From Podospora anserina (lineage: Eukaryota): DNA of 64,000 nt. Positions 48,801 to 61,009 of this stretch are shown piece by piece. The notes below the pieces were generated by a model. It made no database searches, had not been told where the DNA came from, and saw only the letters and a program-made list of their open reading frames with translations. Every line of letters begins with the position of its first letter. The first letter of the stretch is position 1. The position numbers and the translations under genes are program-made. The DNA is taken from positions 1,860,001 to 1,924,000 of the forward strand of contig CM030337.1 of NCBI GenBank assembly GCA_017654855.1. Reading direction: 5' to 3'.

Positions 48801-49938
48801 TCGAGCTTAAGTCAGAGGGTTAAGCACCCTTGTAGACAGGTCCGATGAGACATCCACCAACCTTCATTGATGATGCTGCACACCTAGCTGTGTTTGGCAT
48901 GTGTCACCGACGAAGGATAATTAGCAGTTGACAGGTTCCCTACGCTAGAGAGATCGAGACTCTCGTCGTCGATGTCGAGGTTGTGGCACCAAATCTATAC
49001 GAGTGCAACCGCAGAGAATGACCACGTTGGGCCAATATGTTTGATGCCAGGAATAGAGTCATCGGCTGAGGAGATCGACGACTGGACCTGACTGAATGGG
49101 CAAGACACAGGCGCGCACATGGCCCTCGATCAGGAAAGACGAAAAGAGGGAAGAGACAGCAACGACAAGCAGCCGACGACGACGCTAGGCTTGCTTTGCC
49201 GACATTCCAGGCGGTGCTGCACCTCTGATTGGCTGACGAGAATGTGGGGAAATAACGTTGGCTGCCGAGCTTCGGCGCCTTGGCGGCTGTTTGAACTGCA
49301 CTCTTGCGAAGCTCACAGAGATCTTGCTCTGCATTAATCATCAGAGAAAAGAGGGTGTGGTGGTGAGGCAGGGATCTTGCGAACGGTAAGTCACCGTCAA
49401 CTACTGCAACACACAAACGGAGACGCGCACGTGGAATTCACCGTCCAAAAGCGCCACAGGGTTTCACTGGGAGATCGCCTTCAGTTCAGGAGAAACAGGC
49501 CGACCACCCGGAAATCGGACAGCTCACCTCGCACTCGCCTTTGCCCTCACTGATGAGCAAGACATTATTCTCTCGCTCGCTCATGCACGACATCTCGGTT
49601 GCTTCTCGCCAGCACAGCACAAGATCAAGACAGCAGCATATCACTGCATATCGGATAGGCCGTTAGTTTTGTCTGGTCTTGCTTACAAGCTAAGCTTACA
49701 GCTGAAGCTTCGTCATGCTATTCTAGAAGACCGCCTTTTGATTCCGCATGAAGAGCACGGATGTCGATGCCCAGTTCCTAACCTAACCCGCAACAAGGAA
49801 ATGTCAAGTCTCAGGTGGTGGTGATGCCCTGAGCTCGAACTAGTGGTTACACTAACAATCCTCCCGCACTGACATACCACGCTGTGTTATGGTGTAGTAC
49901 AAGGGTCGTCGCTTGCTTTTCCGACCCCCTCGTCGATT

Positions 49939-49965
49939 CCGGCTGCTCGGCCGCGGCACAGCCGG
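49939..49965. promoter_or_regulatory. CGG/CCG-triplet cluster, candidate Zn2Cys6 binding site upstream of clr-2
   Basis: CCGGCTGCTCGGCCGCGGCACAGCCGG contains CGG-N8-CCG, CGG-N11-CCG, CGG-N5-CGG and 7-bp inverted arms. Confidence 0.4.
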
Positions 49966-52667
49966 TAATTAGAGACAGGGCAGGCTGCCCAATGCGACAG
50001 CAACTGTTCAAGGACCTCATCAAGCTCAGCTTTTCACTAGGGTCGACCAGAAATGTTGAGATGGGATATCTCGATACCCCAAGAGATATCAACACAAGAA
50101 CCATTGATGAGGTCCTCCTCACAGGCAAAATCGCGGGAGCAAGCGGCTGCAGAGGACAAGGCAGCGTCCGCGGCTGCGGCGAACTGGCCAAGGGGTCCAC
50201 AAGAAAGACGGCAACGGCGACGGGAACAAAGAGAAGCGCTAATCGTGGTACCTTGTGTGTATGCTGGAGGTACAATGTTCCAGCAGGATAACCGCCTTGA
50301 CATGCCGTACCAGGGTACTTACACAACCAGCCCCATATCCACGCTCACAGTCGAGAGGACCGGCGGGGCAAGTCATAGAAGCATGCTCCGTTCGCCAGCC
50401 ATCAACGCTCTCAGCCCGTACGACTGGTCAGTCGATAGGACCATGGCCGGTACCGCGCGGTGATGGAGCTGGGCGATGACGAGAGAGTGGGCTTCTACAG
50501 AGCACATGCATATATGCTATGCTGACTGCGTACGGCTCAGTTCTTCCCAACATGGCAACCAACACCGTCTAGATATTAAGCCTCGCAGGCTCGCAGTCAT
50601 GTGTCTCGTCCATCAGCTGGGAAATCGCCACATGCCATCTATTTACCGCTATTTTTTTCTCCTCAGCTCTCAGAAGCGAACGGCGCCGTCGTCTTCGTGT
50701 CGCCGTTGAAGGTGGATTCGCTTTGCTAACAGCACCTTCTAGTTCACACTCACCGCATGCTCAATGTTTGGTTCAGGTGCTATCGGGAAGGGTCCTCATA
50801 GGCGATGAAATTTGCTACTGTCGCATGCACCGTATTTTCCACCTGGCCGAGGCGGGCCAGACTGCCAGATCTTTAGAGGCTATCTGCGAGTATCCGAAGC
50901 TCATACAACACCACTGGAAGAAGAGCATTATCGTGCGGCTGCTGCTATCCTCCGCTCCGTTTCCTCTTTCACCAGATCCAGCAGAGCTCAGGGGTTTGGG
51001 TCGAGTCGAACCTGTGGAGGACCTCCCCCTCCATTGACCCCTGTCTGCCCTGATCGGAGAAGGAAAGCGGGCAGATCCCTGGGCATCAACCGTTGCGGGC
51101 GGCCGAACGCCAATCAGCTCTTCTGGACTTGGCATATCTCCACCAAACCAACGGCGCCGTTCTTCAGGGCACAGACTGGCGTCTTAGAAGAGGGGGAGTG
51201 TGCCTGGGGCCGACGGCCCCTCTTTCCAACCCTCCCCCAACTTCAAGTTTTTTTTTCTCTTGCTACGGATCATTTTCTCCAAATCCCTAGCTCCTCCTCC
51301 TGGTTGACACACGCCCCTAGTTCTTAAGGGGTGCTATTACAACAGGTCGGTGGATGTTTTGGCCAAGCCTAATGACGGCCTTCCCGAGCATACTAGTCCT
51401 CTCATCTCGCTCTTGTTATACTAGCTGTCCAGGAACACGGCAGAATCATGCTTCCCGGCGCGGCGATATGGGACGAAATCTCCACATCCTGTGACGTTGC
51501 ACAGTTTCTGCGAGCAATTAGCTAGCTACCTATGTTGCGCTGCTGTTGTTCAACTCGTCAGGCATCGGCACCAGATGCCACAGGAGACTGTGCCGGACTG
51601 GGGGGTGCAACATCATCAGGAAAGACGGCTGCTGTGCCTCGATGGCAAGCCGCTGTACAACGAAAAAGATGGAAAACCCACGTGCAGCAATAAGCATTCA
51701 TGGTTGACGTGCAGCAGTACACAGTTACAACTCATGCACCCCGGTCCCAGCGTGAAACGACACCACCACAACGAGCAGAGGGATTCGCTGGTATTGGCTC
51801 TGAGCTAATGCTCCCCAGACTCTGCCCCAGATTCTTCCCCAGACCGACCTACGGTTTCTCCAACAAATTGCCCTCCCCCTTCCGCAGGTACCTCTTCTCG
51901 GACTGGCTGGCTGGCGTGACCTCTGTTGGGCATGAGATTAATATGGACCGTCCAGGTACTGCGGCTCGGTCATGCCTGATTGGTGGTGGTTCCCAACTTG
52001 TGCCTGGCTAAGCAGCCTCGTCCCCCCCCTGGCTATCCCGTTGTCCTCGTGGCTTGACACGGCATTGAGCAGCAACGTCGTCCATTTCGACGGGCTCCTT
52101 GCTCACTTCCTACCTCTGACGGAGTCCACTCTATCTCAACCTTACTCGGCAAGCTATACCTGGGGCCCCCATAGCAATGTACAGTACCCCATCGTCCTGC
52201 ACAAGCGCCCGCTACGCTAGGTAGGGCCTTCCCAGAGCTCTTGGCCCGACTTGACAGGACGTTGCAACGTCGAACAAGCTTCTCCACACCACGGGTCCAA
52301 GGAAGGCGGCCTCGAAAGCCGGGGCATGGTCCAAATCTCTGCTCTCTCCACAATGTACCATACCTACAACTCCAGCTGCATGCCATGGAGATATATAAGT
52401 CTGCGTCTGCTCCCCATGTTCTCGCCTCTCTTCGTCATTACCCACATCTATCTTTATCCAAGTGGCTACCATTGAGCGCTTCTACCCCAGCTCGTGGTTA
52501 CTTTTCATCTTTGCCATTGCCACTTACCCCAGCTTCTCGCTTGTAACCGGTACCCGGCGGCGTCCCCGGCATCGCCAACCTGTCGTGCTCATAAATACCG
52601 TGTGGCCGTCTGGGTTGCGTCTTCCCCAGAACCACCTTTGGCACTTCACAGCTTTGGACTTTCCAAC

Positions 52668-55098
52668 ATGGCCCCATCAATCCCAGTTCCCACCCAGGGT
52701 GGCATGTTCCACACCTTCCAAGGCGTCACCCCACGGAAGCAGTCAACAGACTCTCAAGATAGCACAAAGACCAGCTCCACAGGTACAGCCAAGAGGATAA
52801 CAACACCACATGCTTGTGCCGAGTGCAAGAGACGGAAGATGTAAGTCAGATCAGATCCTCAGACAGGAGGAACATATCTAACCAGGTGTGCTCAGCCGCT
52901 GCGATGGTCAACAACCATGTGGCCAATGCCTCTCCAGCCGGGCTCCCAAGAGATGTTTCTACGACAAGCACAGACAAAGAGTGATCCCATCACGCAAGAC
53001 ACTCGAAGCTCTATCACAGTCCCTCGAAGAATGCCGGTCGATCCTGAAGCGGTTATACCCAACACAAGATGTGCAGTCTCTTCTGCCTCTCTCCAGACAA
53101 GAACTCCTCAGCCTTCTTGACAGGCCAACAATAGATACTTCGGTCGGCGGCTTACCATCACCACCATTAAACACCAGTCCCATGTCGGACTTGGACTCAC
53201 CAATGATGCCAAAGACGGAGAACCTGCTCGAGCAGATGCCATCCAGAGACACAGAATGGGACGAGGAGCGAAGAGGAAGAGACCCGATCCCAGCCGAAGC
53301 CGACGACATCAACGCTCTTTCGCTCTCAGTAGACCGCCAAACATCCTATCTCGGTGCCTCCTCCATCAAGGCCGCCCTCATGGTCATGCTCAAGGTCCAA
53401 CCCGGCCTCCGAAACTCCCTCGCAGCCCCATTAAACGGAGTCGAGATGTCCCACAACTACCCAGCCATCCGCCAGAAGCCCACCACCCAAAAGGACCCCC
53501 AACGCATCCCATGGTCCTGGAAGGGCCAAACACTCATCGACGCCTACTTCAAACGCATCCACGCTTTCGTTCCAATGCTCGACGAGTCCACCTTCCGCGC
53601 TGATTACCTCGAAGGCCAACGAACCGACGCCCCATGGCTCGCTCTGCTCAACATGGTCTTTGCCATGGGTTCCATCGCGGCTATGAAATCGGACGACTAC
53701 AACCACATCAACTACTACAACCGCGCCATGGAGCACCTTCCCATGGACGCCTTTGGCTCCTCCCACATCGAGACGGTCCAGGCCCTCGCCCTCATCGGAG
53801 GTTACTACCTCCACTACATCAACCGGCCCAACATGGCCAACGCCGTCCTCGGCGCCGCCATCCGCATGGCCTCCGCTTTGGGTCTTCACCGTGAGTCCAT
53901 CACGGTAGGTCTCCCAGGCAGCGACATCATCGCAGCCGAAACCCGCCGCAGAACCTGGTGGTCCCTCTTCTGCCTCGACACCTGGGCCACCACCACCATG
54001 GGCCGTCCCTCGTTCGGCCGCTGGGGTCCCGCGATCAACATCCGCCCCCCCGAGTTCGGCATCAACGCCAACCGGGATTCATCCCAGCACGCAGGAATCC
54101 TCCCTCTGATCGAAAACATCAAATTCTGCAAGATCGCCACTCAAATCCAAGACATGCTCGCCATCACCCCCCTTCTCAGGACAGAAGACCGCTGCGCCAT
54201 CGACGCCCAGCTCGTAAACTGGTACACCTCCCTCCCTTGGCTCTTGCGGACAACCGACCCCTGCGCGGAACCGCTCTACATGGCCCGCTGCATCATGAAG
54301 TGGCGCTACCAAAACTTACGCATGCTCCTCCACCGCCCCGTCCTCCTCTCGCTTGCCTCCTCCGGCCTCAACCCCCACACCCAAGCCTGCGACGCGGACC
54401 TCCAAGCCATTGAGACCTGCCGTGAACTCGCCGCGGCCACCATCGAAGACGTCGGCCGTGAATGGACCCGCAACCAAATGAGCGGCTGGAACGCAGTCTG
54501 GTTCCTCTACCAAGCAGCCATGGTCCCGCTCGTCTCCGTCTTCTGGCAATGGGGCTCTCCCCGCGTGCCAGAGTGGCTCAAGCAAATCGAGCAAGTCCTC
54601 GACCTCCTCGAGGTCATGGAGGAGTGGTCCCTCGCCGCCCGGCGCTCAAGAGAGGTAGTCTGGCGCATGTACGAAGCCTCCCGGGCAGTCCAAGCCCAAG
54701 GCGCCGCTGCCCGCTCCCAATCCCCCGCCGGCCTCCACATCACCACCACAGCCGACAGCATCGTCGTCGGCGGCGGAGAGGTTCACATGAGCCCCATTGG
54801 TCTCGAGCCAGTCGACGGAATGGGGGGTATGATGGGCCTGCTTGATCAAGGGGGTCTATGGGATCTAGACGGGATGTACTGGGGTGGAAATGGCCCTCAG
54901 TCCCCAACACACACTGGAAACCCAGACGACAGCGCCGCCGCCGCCGAGTTTGCCGCTTACGCTGCTGCTCAACAAGCCGCCTCCGCCGCTCATCACCACC
55001 ACCCCGAGCTGATGCAGCATGTGGACTATGGGATGATGCACCACCACCACGCTGGACATCATCACGTGGGGATGGAGGGCTTTGGGTATGTTCAGTGA
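52668..55098 (+). CDS. clr-2: Zn(II)2Cys6 transcription factor, CLR-2/ClrB cellulase regulator; exons 52668-52840, 52896-55098
   Basis: MFHTFQG N-terminal motif, HACAECKRRKIRCDGQQPCGQC...C cluster, YLGASSI, ETRRRTWWSLFCLDTW, GWNAVWFLYQA. Orthology is from recalled CLR-2/ClrB sequence. Confidence 0.82.
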
Positions 55099-58000
55099 GC
55101 TAGCTGATTACCTAACAACACCATCTCCCTCCCTCCCCGGCTGTATTACAATCCCACCCGGAACATCGGCCCCCTTCATATTCCCCAGCGCTACCCTACC
55201 GTCACACCCAGTGGCGTCTCAAGCAACTCAAAAAAAAAAGTCTGGGGTAACCGGGCAGTCTGGGGTAAACAGGGATTATTTTGCCCCTTCTTCACTTCTT
55301 CTTCTTTGTCGTCATCATTTTATATGACAATTCTTTTTTTAACACCCCAAAATTTTCACTTTATTTCATTACTACTCAAAGCAAATGGAACGGATGGAAA
55401 CGGATGGAATCGGGGCCGGATATACCACAACTTACTTTTTTACTTCTGGAAACGAAATTTGTTTGGGTTGCTTTTTTGCTTTTTTCTCTTGCACATATTT
55501 TTTTGTATAAACAATGATGATGAATGAGAGAAAGAGGATGAAGCAGGAAGGTCGGTTGGGGAAAAAGATCGGAAAAAACACACACGCACGCAAATCTCCT
55601 ACAACAAACAAAACAGGAATTGGGAAAGTTGGAAAGGACAGGACAAGGGGAGTTCTCAAATTAGGTTTTCTCTAGGCTTATACCCAATATTCCACTTTTT
55701 TACAACACACTTCACCATCATGTCTTTGACTGTTTATTCGCCCTCTTGGGTTTGATGCGATGAAGAAACAATAAACATGGGCAAGAACATTGAGTCAAAG
55801 GGACACATCGGGCGTTTACTCGGCCCTGTAGAAAATACCCGGAATGACCACTCCCCTATCCCACAACTGATTGGACTCTCACCATCATCACTATTACTTC
55901 CCTTGCCCCTCCTAGCCATTCATCTTCCCTCTCTCTCACACACACAAGTCCGTAATTCGAAGGTTATACCTAGCTAGCGAATACATTCCTTCCTTCTTCC
56001 CCGCATTCTTCTCTCATGCAACCTTGACGTCCACCATCAAAACATAGCCCATCATCAAACACACAGACCCTTCAGCGACTTGGTACAGTATCACTGTGGA
56101 TATTATGGAAGCGTTCACAAAGGTTTTCAGCCAGGCCTCATCATCCAATAAGAGTCCACCGGTCTTGCACCCCGAAGCCGACATTCCAGAAAGCTTTTAC
56201 ACCTTCTTGGCTACCCTTCGTGTCAGTGTCAAAGTCGCAACATCCGATGGCGACGTGACATGGCTTCCTCAACATACCAGCCATCTTGAGGCAGCATCTT
56301 GAAGATCACTACGACCACACACACTGAGAAGACTTCACTTCCGGGAACTACGCTCGTCCGTCTCCGGCTCAGCCACCCCTAGATACAATACAACCACCAA
56401 GATCATCCGCACTAGGTATTCTCAGCTGTACAGAAGACAACCCGGATGGGCCATATCTGCCGTGTCAGCAATGCGACAAGTCAGTTTCCTCTAGTCTTGG
56501 GTTCCTGTATGCTGTACATCTCTGGAAGGGGAGAGGAGGATATGAGGGCCGATCCGCCAAGCATTTGGTAGATGTGGGGAGCATCGTCCTGACAGCTTCA
56601 CACCACGTGGGAATCCAAAATGCTATCCGGGCAGATTTCGCCTTTTGATGTTAGGCGAAGGGTCAAGAAGGAGCAAAAGATCGACAACTCCCGCCCGTAG
56701 TCAACTCAGCCACTTTCTGGGGAAAGATCGGTCTCTGTGTGTCACCATCATGGTCGCCTCTGGGGACTTTTGGAAGGTATCCGGAAGGACAAAAGAGGTG
56801 ATCGCCGGTTGGGCTGGTGGCAGGATCAGCCGTCAAGCCGTCTGCTAGACTCAGGGGGAATGTCCTGCCATGCGGTCGGTTGTGTCCCTTGCTGTCTGCA
56901 TCTGCATCTTCGAGAAAGTCGCTGATGTCGGAGACTGTCGTGCAAAAGTTGGAGTTGGTGGTGGGGCAGATCATCGATCGACTTGGAAGAAGCAAAGGTG
57001 ACTGGGAGTGAAAACGGTTTCCTGAACGGGGCCCCGTCAGGCCAAAAAAACGGTGTTGTCTCATTGGTTGGCTGAATCTGTCGGGTGTTCGCGTCGAGGA
57101 TGTTGCTGCAATCTGGAGTGACGGCCCGAAGCGCAGAGGGCCCTGCTGGGTACCTCGGCCTCTCAAGCAGACTCCGCCTGTTTGACCCCCTGTGCTCAGG
57201 TACCTGAGACGTTGGACATGTCAGCCACCCCTGTTCAACGGTTTTGAGATGTGGGGTAAATGCACCCCAGGTCTTCTCCAAGCTGGGGGAAAAAATGAAA
57301 TTTGACAGGGGTGGAGGGGGGAAATGCGGGGTTAAGCCATCGTTCCAACATTCTCATGCCTCTGGATCGCGAAAAACGCAGCGACAACCCACCTGCCTCT
57401 TCTAGCCCAGCATTGGTGAGAGAGAAGCAATAGGAGACGAGGCGTATAGGGGGGCTGGCTCACCTCGTCATCATCATCCTTGTCGAGGTATCGAATCTCG
57501 TGTGTGCAACCACTACACACCACCTGTTTCGTTGATGATCGCCCGTGCTTGTTGATACTGTCGGTAGATGGAAGCAAAATGCGGGGTATCCAACCCATGC
57601 CTGGAGATCACAGGTTCTTGGTTCTTTTTTTGTTTCTCCTCTTTTCTGTTTTTTCATCGGTCCTTTAGGCCGTCATCAAAGCTTGGCCCTGACGGCATTG
57701 TCATCCGCCGACAGGCTCTCCACCCCATTGCCGGCCTCTTGATGCAACAGACCTATTAGGCTTGCAACTGTCCAACTGCACGCCCGGACCTCATCACACC
57801 AGCAGGTCGTCGACAGCACATGCCATCACCGCTTCTTGTTCACCTTCGGATGCGGTGGGGCTGGGAGGCCGGAGAACGACGGGTCTGGGGGCAGCCACGT
57901 CGGTAGTAACAAGTTGTGGTATTCCGTACTTTGAGACCGGGGCCGTCGATGTTCTGCTCCGGGGCCGGCATGATTTTGGTTCTGAAGGACCCTTGGTGGT

Positions 58001-61000
58001 TGTGGCAACTACCATGTATGGCTAATGTTTGGTGCGTGATAAAGTCTCTGTCGTGTTGTGTCGTCATGTCTTGTCTTGTCCGTCGGGCTCGTACCAAACC
58101 CCGACTCCTCTTGTCTTATTGAACTTCAGCCACAAAAAAGCTTCGTCCTGTGCCCAGAGATTGCTGGGGTGGCATTTACCAGTGGTCAAGTTAGATCGGC
58201 TCAGGGTCGCGAGTGTGCTGTCAATCGGCCAACAGGAGGGGTTTGAAGTTACGTGCACCGAGAGCAAGCAAAACACATTCAGCCGGTGCGGACAGAAGGA
58301 AACAATTGGCGAGAGGCCGACAGCGTGCATCAAGATGTGGTAAGCTTTGGTGGTCGAGGTGAGAGGAGCCTGCAGTTGCCAGATCATGGTTCGGTCCGGA
58401 GCTGCCTACCTCAGGAGCACCTGCCATTGCAATCATGAAATCCGACGTCTGCACCTGCCTCCTGAAAAATCCCAGAAAGGAACTGGCAAGCGCGGGGGGC
58501 TGCAGGCTCACTTCCCTCTCATGTCGGTACTCGTTTCCATCATTCCAATCCACCACTGACACCGACGCCGGCACAGCAATGCAAGCCATTGCAATCAATC
58601 TCCGGCTTCCGGACCCGCCATGCCGCATCAGGAGCCGGAGATGTGGAGACAGGGAATCCCCCAACTATGACAAGTTTTCTGCGCACACCGAGAGCCTGTT
58701 CCGTGGCGGTGATAGGTCACCATGGATCACGAAACATGTTTCAGGGGCTTTGAATCTTATCTCTTCTGTCGTTGTTATCTCTTTATTTCACGGCGCGAAG
58801 ATCCCGCGCACAGACTTGCTGTTACTGTCTCGATATATTGTCTTGTTGTGTTGGCATGTTGCTAACAAGCTTCTCTAGGTGGTTGGCGTTTCATACGTGC
58901 AGCGCGCGGTTGGGAACGTGGTAGGGCAGCCTCCAGAGCAAAGACAGCTGGGGAGCATGACGCGGCCGGAGCAAGCCGTTGCTGTCCACTCCCAGTCGTG
59001 GGAGCGCCATCACCTGAAACGTCATCGCCGTGCATGTGGTGGCGCTCAAGTTCAGGAATCGAGGAGAGATAGCGCCGGCTCTCCCGTCCCCTCCATCTGT
59101 CGAGCTCTAGATACGACAGATGGCATCTCCTCGCCGGGGACATGGAGGTTTCAGACCTGCAGCATGCGACTCACCGTCTTGTCTTGATCTGGAAGTCTGG
59201 TCGGCGTGGACAACGCCATCGGTATGACAGAAAATAAGCTTTGGGACCGCTGCCTTGCTAGGCGCGATAGAGACGCGCCCTTCCAGCGACTCGTCGCGGC
59301 TCTGCGAGAGAGCAACAAGCAGGGACTGGGCTTGATTGATGGACCAATACGTGATATCGTAGAGAGGGGTGATGTTGTGATGATGATTTCAGACATTGTT
59401 TTCATTCTCTCGCCGTATCGATGTACCAGCGTCTCTGAGATGGCATGTGATGTTGCCACAAGAGGCTCTCGTTGTCGATACGGTTAGATAATACGAGCTG
59501 GATACTCGAGAAATACGATCAAAGAACACGAGCAGGATGTTTGAGAGCCTTGAACTGGCAGAGATGGAATTCCATTCCTTGTTTTTCAGCTGCCTCTTAG
59601 TCCATACTCATTGAATTCTTTCAAAACTCGAGAGTCCAACACCAAGATGGTCGTGACCTATTAAGGTCATTTTAAAGCGCCCGAGAATCTCAAAACCAAA
59701 TTGTAGTTAGATTGGAGATGCTGATTCGAAGTAACTAAGGTAGGTGGTCCCGTTTTACGTGTGTTGATTAAGTGGTTGGTAAGAAGATAGGGGCAAGTGG
59801 CCCCCATATAAATACCGTTGCTACAGCACCCTGAGTCGCTTAAAAGACAAATGGCCACAGTCGAAGTGCAATTCTGTCGCCAAAATCAGAGTGTAAGTCT
59901 GTAACATTGGGTAGTACAGCATCTTATTACCGAACGGTTGCTTGTAAGACAATACTTCCCAGGATGAATAAGTTTCTGCCAACACCATCAACAGTCCAGG
60001 CCAGTTCATGATCAGTCTTTCGATTCTTCATTATCAATCGAATTTACAAACCAGATGACCATCAGGAGGACTCGGCTGCCCCAGCCCCTGGCTCAAGGCA
60101 TATCAATACGCGATGGCGCCTTTTGATTTACGGCCGTGCAGCTCTGAAAATAAGGTTTGAGGATCTGCGGTGCAAAGGGACGACCGAGCAAGTGTCACTC
60201 GCACTGGGACCAATCAAGTAACTGCTATTGCTTAGTGGTCTCCAAACAGCCATGGAAAAAGCGTTTGCAGTCGGTTTGGGACGGCTTCACGCTCCAAGAC
60301 AGCTGTCAGAAACGGGTGATGGCGGCCCGCGGGGAGATTCAGCCCCATACACGGCGCGCAAACCGAGGTTGGGATGGAAGCGGAGCAAGATCCAGAATAT
60401 TGGGAGTCTCTCCCAGGGGCATGGATGGGCATAGGTGGGAGATACGGTCACACAAGACACCCCATGTCTCGACATGACGCAGCGGTGTCTGCTCCTCGTC
60501 CATTGCCACCAGCAAAGATGCATGCCTGTCGACAACAATTGAAGCTAACAACAGAAATCCCTCCTGCGCAATCCTTGATTCCGAGCCTCTCACTGCATCT
60601 CTACGGCGGGGTTGAAGGGGTCTCTGTGAACTCTAACGGGCGGTATCAGCTACCGGCCGTAGCACTGACTGTGTGGGCGCAAGGGAATGAGCCAGGTACA
60701 CAAACATCGATTCTCTCGAAGTTTCCCTTATCCTCGGAACCCCCCTCATTAACCTGCATGCTGGCTCCAGTTCCCTCGCCTCACTTCATCTGGATGACGA
60801 TGTCGGATCGAGGATCAGGGTCGGAGCAAGTTCCTGGCTAGGCCAAGTTTGGGATTTTATGATTTCAACACCTCTCTCAAAGATCAAGTATAACTAAGGC
60901 AGGCATTCCGTGTTACTACCTCTTCATTCTCTCAAACAAACAACAGAAGTATCTATCAAGTACATACAACTCAACACTTTACACATCGACCCAACAACCA

Positions 61001-61009
61001 AGCCTCACC

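Noticed and set aside
55242-57331. Clusters of CreA/CRE-1 SYGGRG sites (55242, 55260; 57283, 57311, 57326)
   Set aside because: A degenerate hexamer that is common in this G-rich DNA, and the sites lie downstream of clr-2.
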